DNA of 62,284 nucleotides, filler included. It is 12 parts of 12 records of this genome, joined end to end, with 100 filler letters (N's around TTAATTAATTAA, not from the genome) between each part and the next. Parts side by side here need not be neighbours in the genome. Positions count along the whole stretch, not along the records: positions 11,387 to 19,205 come from SRR15195285_3647; positions 19,306 to 24,430 come from SRR15195285_3649; 10 more parts are not named here. The stretch is one strand, 5' to 3'. Positions 11,388-23,279 of the stretch are shown here, piece by piece; the stretch's first letter is position 1; each line of letters opens with the position of its first letter. A program made the position numbers and the translations under genes. The notes beneath the pieces were generated by a model. It was not told where the DNA came from. It saw nothing but the letters and a program-made list of their open reading frames with translations, and searched no databases.

Positions 11388-12623
11388 AAGGCAGCTGCTC
11401 AGAAGGCGGCGGCCGAACAGGCGGCGGCCGAACAAGCGGCGGCCGAGGAGGCCGAGCCGCCGTACGCTGCGGAGCTCGCAGGGCTCTCCTTCAACATGCT
11501 GAAGCGTCGCGCGAAGGCCCTCGGGGCGACGGACGCCCAACTCGAGGACCTCGACGACGAGGACGATCTCATGGCCGCCGCGGTCGCGCTCACGCTCTCC
11601 CTGCGGCACGCCCTGGACGGGATGAAGATGAAGGCACTCAAGGCTCGCCTGCGCGCCATCGGGGCGACGGAGCAGCAGATCGAGGACCTTGGCAACGGCA
11701 CCAGCCCCAGGGCCGCGGCGATCGCCCTGGTCCTGGACATCGCGTCCGCAGGCCCCGGCGGAGCAGCCGCCCCGCCCCAGGCGCCCGCTGCCGCGGAGCC
11801 CGAGCCGCAGCCCGAGCCTTTGGAGATCACGCTCGACAAGTACGTCGCGGCGGACAAACAGATCCGGCTGGGCAAGCTCGCCGATGCGGCGCACGGCATC
11901 AAGGTTCTCCTGGGCGTGAGTGATGCCGCCGTCAGCATCTACCTCCAACAGCACGAGGAGGCGATCAAGCAGGAGTTTGCGGCGCACGGCACCCCGGAGG
12001 ACAAGGCGAACCTACGCTGCATTCTTTCTGGCACCAAGATTCCCGGCTGGGCCTGCCCGGGTGTCTCGGTCGACTTGCTACTTGCACACAGCAGCGCGCG
12101 AACGGCGAAGCTCGGCCGACACCACATCATTGCCCTGCGCATCTACACGACCTCGAGCTATAGCCGCATCAACGATCCGTTGCGCGCCGACCCACCGCAG
12201 CGGCCGCATCCTTTTGCCGCCACGACATACTTCATCAGCGACGGCATCCGCCTGCTGCGAGCAGTTGCGGCCAGCCAGCCAGACGCCTACATCGAGCGCA
12301 TTCTCTGGCGCGGCATGAAGGACCTCGGGATTACGGGACAGTTCCTGACGGAGGGTGGGACCGACTACGCTTGCGTTTCTACCACGGCGAGCCAAGAGGT
12401 GGCGGTCCTGAATTTCGCGGCGTCGTCGCTACCACTAGTCTTTCGCATCGTCACGAAGAACAGCATCAACCGCGGCGCGGACATTTCTTTTCTTTCGGTC
12501 TTCCCACATGAGCAGGAGTTCCTATACCCGCCGCTCACTTACTTGCACTGCGTAAAGATGGAGCGCGAGACATTGTGTGGAGTGCAAATGCTTGTAGCAA
12601 CGGTAGAGCCCACCATGGCGTAA
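11388..12623 (+). CDS. R-S-E clade mono-ADP-ribosyltransferase domain protein with two N-terminal SAP-like helical repeats (5' truncated)
   Basis: Frame is open from the contig edge. ART motifs: ALRIYTT...INDPLR, LWRG (R), VSTT (S), FPHEQEFLYPP (E-x-E). The repeat LKRRAKALGATDAQLEDL / LKARLRAIGATEQQIEDL occurs twice. Confidence 0.8.
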   Translation, partial: KAAAQKAAAEQAAAEQAAAEEAEPPYAAELAGLSFNMLKRRAKALGATDAQLEDLDDEDDLMAAAVALTLSLRHALDGMKMKALKARLRAIGATEQQIEDLGNGTSPRAAAIALVLDIASAGPGGAAAPPQAPAAAEPEPQPEPLEITLDKYVAADKQIRLGKLADAAHGIKVLLGVSDAAVSIYLQQHEEAIKQEFAAHGTPEDKANLRCILSGTKIPGWACPGVSVDLLLAHSSARTAKLGRHHIIALRIYTTSSYSRINDPLRADPPQRPHPFAATTYFISDGIRLLRAVAASQPDAYIERILWRGMKDLGITGQFLTEGGTDYACVSTTASQEVAVLNFAASSLPLVFRIVTKNSINRGADISFLSVFPHEQEFLYPPLTYLHCVKMERETLCGVQMLVATVEPTMA

Positions 12624-13266
12624 TGTAGTATTGTAGCATTACTCTTATGGGGTACTGTACAGCAAGCCCTCCACTCTGCACTCGTGCACCACGGCGTTGG
12701 CACCTTTGAGCTTGTGGCCATAGTCTCACAGTTCAATGGATTCTTTCCCATCTTCAGTTCCACTAGGTCCTAGTTTTTCAACATTTTGCAACGAACATAT
12801 AGTGCAGCAGATATTGTATAACGTGGCCCCGCTAGCAGGCGCCGCGGCTCTCCTGCACTCGGTGAGGCGCGCAAATTCAGACAAGTCGGTGGCAGAAGCA
12901 GGCGCAGAACCTGACATGAGAGTCCCTCTGTCGTTTGATGCGGAGAACCCCGTTGGGTTGTCAAGGCCTCCAGGAATGGCAGCCCTCTGATTGCTCGCGG
13001 AAATGTAGTTGCCTGAAGCTACTACTACCTACATGTAGATATAGTACACGTACCCAGATACAGTAGGATCCTCTAGCTAGAGCTACTATAGAAGTCTGTA
13101 TCCATAAAATCGGTGCCTGCCGCGGATCTACTAGGATCCTACCGGTACATCGCATCGAGTACGGTACAGCTGTCTGTGGCAAACGCACTGCGGCTCAGTG
13201 GAAGGTTCACGAAAAAGTGAACATGAAATGAAATGACTAAAATACCATTCACATTACTTGTCTCCT

Positions 13267-16200
13267 TCATCTTTTCCAGAAAGCTTTGCGGCCGGAAGGC
13301 TCTGGCGCCGGTGCTGCACCAGCACCGCCACCCGACTCCTCTGAGTTGAACTGCTCTTGCAACTGCCGCGCCATTTCTTCATCACTCATCGCTACTGACG
13401 AGGCCGGCGTTGGCGCAGGGGCAGGTGCCGGGACAGAAGCAGCAGCTCCACCAGACGACTCTTCCCTGTCAAACTGCTCCTGCAGCATTCGGGCCATCTC
13501 CTCATCGGACACGCCAGCGCCGCCGCCGCCGCCACCACCACCTCCTCCACCACCTCCGCCGCCACTGCCACCACCGCCACTGCTGCCAGAAACGCTCGAT
13601 GGAACGATGCCGAACGGAACCTGGGAGGAGCCCTGGCTTGCGTAGCTGTTGGTCGCCGCAGCGGGTGGTGGCGCTAGAGAGCCGACGGTCGGGCGTTGCT
13701 GCGGCGGCTGTTGCTGCGGCATGCCACCGAAAGGCTGCGCACCGTATGGAAGCTGCGGCTGCTGTGCAGGTGGCTGGTAGGCCTGCTGCGGCGGCGGCTG
13801 CATCTGCACCGAACCACCGACGTACATGGGTTGTTGTGGCTGCTGCTGATGCGCTGGCGGCGGCTGATATGCCTGCTGTGGGGCCGGCGGCTGGTATGCC
13901 GGCTGCGGTGCCGGCGGCTGACCGTAACCACCAGCCATCATGGGAGTTGCCATGCCATGGCCACCCATATCGGCAGGCGGAGCGGGGTAACCACCGATTC
14001 CGCCACCCGTCGATGGATGGTGTACCGGCGGAGCGGCGGCTGCTGGCGCTACCTTCTCCAGCACTCTGTCACTGCTATCATCGTTCGGCAAGACCAACCC
14101 ACCAATCGTTCGGCGCAATCGCTTCACTAGCGGAATCATCAGCTCGTCGCCGGAAGACTCCACGCCTTCCAACACCGATAAGAAGTCTGGGTCACGCAGA
14201 GTGAATCGGTTTGATCTCTGGTAGGCAAGGTTCAGTAGGCAAGTCAGGATCCACATCGAAAGCTCCTCGTTGTCGAAATTGCGCATCACGTGGATCAAGG
14301 ACGGAATACCTTCTGCTGCTCCAATCGCACGTCTGCCTTCATCGTTCATTGACAAATAACAGAGCAGCTCTGAGGCAATCTTTACGCTGGACTCGTCCAT
14401 CTGAGAGAGCATGGACACTAGTGAGGTAATGGCAGCCCCGGAACGCTCACGTACGCTCTCGCTGCCATCGCTGTACGCTGAAGTAGCCGCGGCGGGTGAG
14501 CTTCGAAGGATTGCGGCGCGGCCAGTTTCAGAGTGCGCGATTCTAACCAACACTTCCCCGGCACCGTGGCACACGCGGCTATCGTCCGCGTATAGCAGGC
14601 CGACCAGACGATCCACACCGCCAGCTTGGCACAGAGCTTCTCGACAAATGTCATCGACAGCGAAATTGTTCAATGCCGAACATATGCTGAGTTGGACTGA
14701 TATATCGTTGTCGCTGTCGGTGCCGCTACTGCTGTTCAACAGCGCTACCATGCCCGTCATATGTTCAAGAGCAGTTGAGGTTGCCTCCAGCAGATCAGAG
14801 CTGCCACAGACATGTTCCACGGACTCAGCGCACACTGAGTATCCCGCAAGGCAGTTCGCCACCGACTCAGTCAACTCAATGCGCTCGGCTTGTGTCATCT
14901 GCGCTAGGGCCGGTGTCGGCGGCGTAGAACTACTGCCACCTTCGCTCGTCAACTCCTGCAGCATTCGCAAGACTTGGGCAAGGCCTCCCTCCTCAATAAA
15001 CTTCTCTGCGATCTGTAGGCTGTGACACAGCTCGACCATGCAGCTCGATGCGCTCAGGCGCAACTCCTTGTCGTCCGTGTTGTTCGCTAGGACGTCCACC
15101 AGCAGCGGCAGAGTCTCCTCCTGTGCCATCGTCAACCGGCATTTCTGATGCTGTGCGAGTGCACTTAACCCAGCAAGCCCAAGCCGACGAATTTGAACTT
15201 TGTGTGAACCTTGGCCGCGGCTGGCCTGTTTCACGGCAATACAAATCGACTTGTACCCTTCGAGCCGGGCCACCATGGTGGCACAGTCTTCATTGCGGCA
15301 AGAATTGACCACGATTCTCAGGATGTTCTCCTTCAGCGTATCCTTGGTAATCCCCGCTGATAGCTGGTGTAGTAGTGTACGCAGCGCTTCGGGCTTTCTG
15401 GCCAGCCCATCCACGCAGCTGTCTTGGGCAGAAAGCCGCGCAAGGATGCCGATGACCTTCTCGACATTCGCACCACCGCCGGTATCCTGTACGCCCACAA
15501 GCTGGTCGATAAACTGCTCAATCACCTGGCGCTCGTTGGTGTCCCGTTGAAGCTGGAGGTCCAAATCTCCGTCTGACATGAGAATTTCCATCGCCGCGAC
15601 CCCGTTCCGAGTCTTGTGCTGTGAGTCTTTGTTTAGTGAAACCAGGCGATTCAGGGCGCCGAATCCTCCATTTGCGACAAATTGTGTACGGAAATCTTTG
15701 TTGGATAGCAGGTTGGTGACAATGATCGACGCGAACTCTCGTACAGTCTTGCCCTTAGCAGAAAATGTGCCCACAAGAGTTGACATGAACCCTGGCTCAG
15801 CCATCAGTCTACCGACAGTCTTGGCACCGTTCTTGCCATCGCCAAGAGCTGCTGCCAGCGCTTTGACGCCAATCTCCTGTGCCTCTTCATCTTCGCTCGA
15901 CATAAATCGCAGCATGACTCCAACCCGGGCGTTCTGGACCATCTTGTTGCGCATCTGAGGATCACAGCTCGCAAGGTTGAGCAGAAGATAAATGGCCTGC
16001 TGCTGCACTCCCTCGTCGTATTTCTCGGCTAGTTCAAAAAGTGTGTCCAGGCAGGTGGATCCCATGTGGCTCGCTGCACGCGCGTCCTGCGATAGAACTG
16101 CAAGTGCCTGCAGTGCGTCGTGCGCCAGGGTCTGCGCGTTTCTGTCACCGCTGACCGTACCGACGCGGAGCAGTTGCACGAGTGGCTCGACAGCACGTGC

Positions 16201-19148
16201 CTCAACAATTGCTGCAACGTACTGCGGTCCGCCAGCACGTGCCATGGCAGCGATAGCTGCGGCAGCATGACGTTGGACGTCCACAGAATCCTGCCGGGAC
16301 AAGAGCGGGATTAGAGCCATGTGGCTACCGCATGACAGCAAAGCACGCGCGTTCTCTGCATCAAGGACCATGTTCGAGATGCATTCCGAGGACTCATACA
16401 GCATCGACGGGTCCGGTGAGCAGAGCGTCTCGACCAGCTTTGGCAATCCGTTGTACTCACGAATTGTACGCCAGTGCTGGCTGTCTCGAGCGAACGCCAT
16501 GACCTGCTTGATCGCAGAGTGAGCAGTCGCTGGGTCAGGCGAGTTCATCATTTGCACAAGTTGCGGCAACATTCCGGCATCCATTAGTTGGGCTTGCTTG
16601 TAGTCGCTGTTGCGGGTAATCTGGTCCACAACCCGCATAGTGGCGGCCTGCATACCTCCCTGTGAAGACTTGAGGAGGTGCATGAAAGGTTGCAGGTCGA
16701 TCTGGTCAGCAACTTCGGGTTCTGTGGCGAGGCTGGCAAGGGCATAGACAGCCGCTTGTTTCAGCTCCTCGTCGTCCTTGCCCAGCAGTGTCTTCAGCAG
16801 TGGCACCCCGCCGAAGTGAAACACCTCCAGGCGTAGGTTGTGGCCGAGAGCCTCATGGGACATGATGTTCGCAAGAGTAGATGCACAGCCTTTCTGCACC
16901 GCCATATATGAGGATGATAGGCCTGTGATAAGGGCTGTCGGAAGCTGCGCCTCCTGCAACATCGCTAGATGGTTTGTGCTGATTTGGTCTGTATGGCTCG
17001 TTAGGCAGCCGAACATGGCCGCCACAGCCGACTCTGCTTGTCCGTCGCGGCTTGGCACCCGAACGAGCTCGACCAGCTGCTTGAGCATGTGGCGGAACGT
17101 GCTGAGCGTCTCCCAACAGGCAGGCGCGTTGTGCGGCCAGCGCGAAAAGTTTCTTAGCGACTCGGCAGCCAGGACTTTGGCTTCCTGCGACGAGACATCT
17201 CCTTGCTGGTCGCTGATGCCCACGAGAAGCGAAAAGCATGCAGTGAAGATCTCGACTGGGGCTTGCGTGTGCACCTCCGAAAAGGAGAGCATTTTCACCA
17301 AGAAGGTGGCGTGTGATCGAATATTCGATGATGGGTGCTGCATAAGCTTCGGCAGGGCCCCCAGATAATTCGCTTCGTGCATTCGGTCGCCAATTGAGGT
17401 ATCAGAGTTGACAACTGCGGTCAGAAGGCCCAGAGCGATGGAAAGAACATTGGCGTCCGTGTTGTTGAGCAGCAGGTGCAGCATTGATTGGATCCCGACG
17501 TCCTGGCGCATGAAATGGTCACTGAAAGAGCCGGCGTTTCGGCCCGATGCGAGCATGTTCAGCATTTCGAGAGAGAACGATTGCATTTTCGGGTCATGCG
17601 CCGAGTGGAGGAACTTCTCAACACCTCCGGCGCTCAGGATTCTTCCCTGCGCGTCGTCATTGTCGTTCACCAGTGGCTGCAAGGCCTTGCAAGCTTGCTC
17701 TCTCACCTCACTTGAATGTGAAGAGAGCAGATCCATGAGGAAGCTCAGGCCACCTTGCTGATTGACCTCGTTTGCGTTCGCCCTGCAGCCATTGCAGAGC
17801 TTGCCCAGGGCTGTGCACGCGACCTCCAGGTGTTCCGGGTAGTCGCTGCTCAGCATAGGAATCAGCACGCTCAGTCCGTCAGCTTCGCGCACAGCATTCT
17901 GCGTTGAGACATCGCCGTCCGCCAGCGTGGCCAAAGCGTGTATCGCCTGCATCTTTACATCATCGCCTCCGCTCCGCGCTATGCTGACGATGTCACGCAC
18001 CACGCCTTTGTCGACGAGCACTTGCTTGGTTTCGCGGCGGCTCGCCATTTTCGAGACGGCTGTGAGAGCAGTGAGCGCCATCGGCCCACCGATCGAGCAC
18101 TGCTCCACCACCTTCGCGGTGACTTTCTCCGGAAGGGGATCCGTCGCGACGGCGCAATACTCCAGCAGCTCGCGTGTCGCCAGCTGTTTCATGTGTTCTT
18201 CCTCTGCCCGTGTGATCAACGAGAACACACGCTCCACGCTGGAGCTGCGGCCCTGGGACAGGAACGCGTGGCAGTCCAAGCAGCACCGCTGCTCGCCTTT
18301 CAGATCGAGCGACGCCATCTCGATGTTGTTCGGGCTGCAGTACTGGCACACACAGCGGCCGCAGCTGCGGCAGTGATGGCGCCTGATTGTCTGGGTGAAC
18401 TTGATATTGCACGCCGTGCACTCTGTGGCGTCCGGCTCCTTCGGCGGCACCGCGCCGGCGCACGACGAATCCGCACCGAACGCCTGCGATGCGCTGCTGA
18501 TGGACAGCTGCTCGCCCCAGCTGTCCCACTTGTTGCCACCGCCAGAAGCTCCGGAGAAGGTCGGCGCAAGGTTGGGCGTGAAGTCCGGAAAGCTGGGCTG
18601 GCCCATACCGCCCATCCCAGCGCCGCCACCGCCAGCTGCGCCCCACCCAGCGCCGCCGCCACCTCCGCCGCTCCCGGGCACGGGCATCGGCGCGACTGCT
18701 GGAGGGGGCTGAACCTGCGGCGGCGGCGCCATCTGCAGCCGCGGATCCTCCCACGTCGTTTGCTGCAGCACGCACACGCCCGACAAACAAGCTCAGCGTG
18801 GGCTGTCGCTCTCCCCCTCGCCCCGCCCCTGCACGCTGGTGGGCTGGGCAAGGGCGGCGTGCGGACGCACCTGTGTGTTGTGGTCGATGAAGAACGTGCG
18901 CCCGTCATCCGTCGCGCGAGCCTCCCAGCCCTGTGGCACTGCGAGAACCACCAGCCGCACACGAGACAACTCAGTTTCTCCAGCGAGCGTGCGCGAGAAC
19001 CCTCAAGCCTACCCGCGCGCAAGCCCCAGACAAGCCACTTCGCCAGGCACCTCCATCAGCGAGCGCGCGCGCGAGACAGAGAGAGGCAGGGCGTCAGGCA
19101 GGGCGTCAGGGAGAGGGCGGGGGCAAGGACCATACATTGCGCTTGCAT
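13267..19148 (-). CDS. WW - FYVE - armadillo repeat - Pro/Gln-rich - 2x UIM/MIU-like protein; exons 19148-19136, 18938-18871, 18762-13267
   Basis: Splicing GT-AG introns 18939-19135 and 18763-18870 gives [35 protein letters not shown] (WW domain). FYVE: CTAC...RRHHCRSCGRCVCQYCS...CCLDC. A long ARM-repeat array follows, then SDEEMARxLQEQF twice near the C-terminus. Confidence 0.85.
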
Positions 19149-19305
19149 CGCCGCAGTCGCCGTCTCGCAGCCCCTCCCCTCCCCCCCACCCCCCCCCCCC
19201 CCCCCNNNNNNNNNNNNNNNNNNNNNNNNNNNNNNNNNNNNNNNNNNNNTTAATTAATTAANNNNNNNNNNNNNNNNNNNNNNNNNNNNNNNNNNNNNNN
19301 NNNNN

Positions 19306-21656
19306 TGCTGTTTCTGCTGCTGATCTATTTCTGCGTAACGACCGGTTGTATATTCTGACAACTCCTCTGTTGAGTACCCGTCGATTTTCTGGCCATCATC
19401 GTACTCGACTTTGTACTTCCCGTCTCGACCGGTCATGACTGTCCCCTCGAAGACCTGCGTTCGGCCGTCCCGAGACACGTTGAAAGGAACATTGACCCGC
19501 TGAAACAGCAATCGATCGACTAATGCACTACGGACCTTTGTTCCAGTGTACTCTCGCTTTTCGCAGTCTTCAAACTCGACTAACAGTTTTCCGCTCACTA
19601 AAAGCTTTTGTACGACACCGAGATGCCATCCACTCGAGCTGAATAATACGCGAACTCGCAAGCCGACTAGTAGTGACGCAGAAACCACTCGAGGCTCACC
19701 AGGTTTTGCAGATAGTTCATCAGGACTTTTGCACTTGGAGGCATTTGATGCGCGTGCGCTATCTGCTTTGCCGTCAAGGTCCAGAGTTAGTGCAGTCGAT
19801 GACTCTGGCACCTGACCAACCGTCTCAGGACAAAGGGCTCCAATTGTCCCGTTCTCATTATCCCAGTCGAACCATCGCCGCAGCCTACCTTGCCCAGCTG
19901 ACTCGTCGAGATCTAGTGGGTCGAGGACAGATGAGTGAGCAACAGAATCTGGATGCTCACGGTGGCTCATTTTCTGCCGCCGCCCACTCTGCGTCACATT
20001 CACTACGTCCAACTCCCACACGCACGCTGTCGTATCCTCTGAGTGGATGTGTCGTATCAGCTGTAGCTCGAACCACTCGTTGTGCTGCTCATCAATTTGG
20101 TCGTCGAAGACGCCGTTGTACCTACACCATCCAATATCAATATATACGCCTAGCAGCAAAACTTTACAACTGCTGCTAATCGTCTCTGGCTGTTTCACAA
20201 ACATTGGGCGGAGTAGGTACTGCAACAGGAGCTTTTGTCCAGGTAACAGATCCTGAAGCTCATGACGCTGCAGCAAACAATTATTGGCAGCAAGGATCTT
20301 CGCCTGGCGCAGCGCCTCCCTGCTCTTCTTGTACACTGGTGGCTCGGGAAGATCGATGCGGATGTCTCCGATGTGGCGCACATTCTGCGACGAGACGAGG
20401 CTGACCGTGCCTTCGTATAGCCAGTTCACCAAGAGCTTGCCGTCGTGCTGCCGCTCGCCCTTAGCCAAGTCCAGCACGTTGTCCAGGGAGGTCCGGTCGG
20501 CACCCTTGCCCGAGTCAGGCAAGTCACTGAAGTCGCACAGCCGACCCGGCTGCCACTTGCTGTTCCAAAATGCCCAGCACACCATCGTTGATTGAACTGG
20601 ATGAAACTCGCCGCAGATCTGCGCGATCCGTTCGCTTCGCCACGGTTGCTCGTCGATCCGCTTCGCTAAGGCGCGAAGCTGATCGCACTGCCGCCTCTGT
20701 GCCACGGGGATGGTGAGGGAGCCTTGATTTGTTCGCCAGCATGGGTTGTCGCAGCCGCCTGCGCGCTGTTGCTCCTTCCAGCCGTTGTCGAAAGGTGAAA
20801 GCCCTGGGTTCACGACCACTCCCATCAGCCTTCGCTCGGAGGTCTGAGCCTGCTTGCATACAGCATCGTATACACGCTCGGCCAGTGCTGGAGGAATCAC
20901 GGCTGCTGCTTCGCCACGTAGCGTATCCCTGATCCTATACCGGTGCTTGCCGCTGGTGTGGTGCGACTCGGGGCGTTGGCCGTCGCAGCGTTGATCGTGC
21001 AGATGGTGCAGGTCGTTCCACAGCGTGGTCGGTTTCTTCGGAAAGGCCCCGAAGCAGCAGTAGTCGAATGCATTCCTCTTGACCGTCGCGAGGACAGGGA
21101 ATGCGCCAAGGTCTCCACCCCGAGGATTCTCAATGACAAAGCCGCGCGACGGTTGCAAGATGCGGACGAACTCCAGGCAGCGTTGGACGAGCTCTAGTGC
21201 TCCCACATAGTTGCGGTCCTGGCGCTTTTTCCGGTTCATCCGCGAGAACTCGGTGCACGGGGGTGAGAACCACAGGAAGTCTGGCCGACCATACAGCTTC
21301 TTCACCACGTGCGGACAGAGGCTGCGGATATCGCAGCAAATCGTGGGCTCGAAGCGATCCTCAATGTCCACTGCGCCCGGACGCAGCGACGCACGCAATC
21401 AGCAGCTGCTCACGAAGCGTTACGAGCATGCATTGGACGTAGCTGCGCTGCTCTGTGGGTGCTGTCACGCATGCCCGAGGTCGTCGGCTTTGAATGCGTG
21501 CGCACCGGTGACCGCCTGCCAGCCGTGCTGCTCAAACATGGTGGAGACTGCGTGCTGGCCACAGAAGAATTCAATGATCAGCTTCTTGCGGGCCTGGCGG
21601 TACCGCCCATCTCCGCCTCCTGTGCCCAGCTTCTTCCGGGGCGCCCTGGCCGCCAT
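19306..21656 (-). CDS. C5-cytosine DNA methyltransferase-like domain fused to PWWP-like and tandem Tudor-like domains (3' truncated); intron 21371-21505
   Basis: Spliced product reads IIEFFCGQHAVS...GWQAVTVDIEDRFEPTICCDI...LWFSPPCTEFS...FVIENP...DYCCFGAFPKKPTTLWN...IPPALAERV (motifs I, IV with catalytic PC, VI, VIII, X-like). Downstream: VCWAFWNSKWQPGRL...LLVNW (PWWP-like) and two VGLRVRVLF..W/F.G.V....Y/L.VEF/YE/DD (Tudor-like) units. Confidence 0.75.
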
Positions 21657-23279
21657 TGCACCCCACGTCCTAGGACGCGCAACAGCGACTAATAGTGCGA
21701 CGGACTACGTAACGCGTAGGGAGAAACGTAAGGTGTGTACGCCGGCGTGCGTATGCCCGGCGCGCGGGCGCGCGCGCGGGACGACGCGCGGACGACCGAG
21801 ACGCCGGCGCCGGTTCCGTTCGCGGTCGGCGAATCGAGCGAAGTCGACTCGCATTTCTCTCAATTCCTGCAGAATCAGCTGATTCACAATCGGAATTGAC
21901 TGTCGGAATTGACTGAGCGCTCCTATATAAAAGTTTGCTGTATTTAAAAAATGGACTTTGTGTGTGATGCCGAGACGCCGTTGACAGACACAATTGCAAT
22001 CCGCGCACACCAGCGCGCAGGAGAGAGAAGAGGGAGGCGATCGTGTGAGGTGTGCATTTTCTTTTTGCGTTTGAGCAGGTGGGCGCCTCCCATCCACCTT
22101 CAGCATGGTGGATGGGCTAGCACGGCGCAATTTGTGTGGCTGCCTAGTACACAGAGAAATGATGATGAGGGAAAGGTAAAGTAGTTGTCTGTCTAGACAA
22201 GACAGCCCACTGCACCGAGCCACCCCTGGCCTACACTGCTAGCGAAGCTATGTTGCAACATGGCCAGTGATTCGTCGGGAGTATCGTCGATCCCGTCAAG
22301 AAAATTCGCAAACAGCTCGCTCTGGTCGGTCAGCGTAGAGCTCGCATCGGAGCTGTCCGACCACCCTGCAATCAACCACGTGACGTCCGAGCAGAGTATC
22401 CTTCAAGCAAAGTTACAATAAAACACAATAATAAAGAGAAAAGATCAAAACAAAAGATATTCAGGAGTGGAGTCCACAATTTTGGCACCAACCAAACAGT
22501 TTCTCCATGCCAGTATTCAGTTTCCCGCGCTGTCAGGTGACTGCTTCACGAATGGCTCAGACAGAGTCCTTGCCCACGCTGTCCTGCGGCTGGATACCAG
22601 CCTGCCGAACGCCACCCAGTGACTTTTTCAGTCGTCCGCTGGATACCAGCAGTTGACACAACGATGGTCCCGGTATGCCAGACCTGCTGGCGGTTAGCCT
22701 ACCAGCAGCGGAATTACGGGTATCGATATCGTTGTAGTGTGGGGAGGATGAAGCCGTGTCAGGTAACCGCCGCCGGAGCGGGGGAGCGCCGGCCCGGGGG
22801 GCGGGGGTTGCTGCACCTTATTTGGGGGAGGACATGACGCCTGAAGACATCGGAGTTTTCTTGGAGCAAAAACGCCTGCTGGATATCGTCAATCCGAAAA
22901 CCCTTCGGAGTTTTGAACAAGCCATTCCCGGCAGCGGATAGAACGCTAGGAGTTGCATCCACGGATGCTAATGTATCTCCTTTCTCTCTCTGCGACTTAG
23001 GGGTCCGAGATACTGAATGCTGAATACTGAAATGCTGTGGTGATGAATGCTGAAGCTTCAGTATTTAGCATCGCGTTGACCCTAACCACAATGTGGATCG
23101 TATGCGCAAACCTAGGCGCGTGTGTTGGGGCCAAGTGTGTGGAAGAAACATAGCAGAATCGCCATAGCCATAATGATGGAAATATGCCCAGTGTCACGGT
23201 TATACGGCTGGTTGTACAGAGGCTAATTGACGATTGCAACAGCGCACATTCATTATAATGAGATGTTGTCTACCGCTCT

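Noticed and set aside
17938-19257. Long antisense and alternative-frame ORFs (e.g. 17938..19257, 24730..25557, 52817..53734, 61076..61897)
   Set aside because: Shadow ORFs of GC-rich real genes, with no domain signatures.
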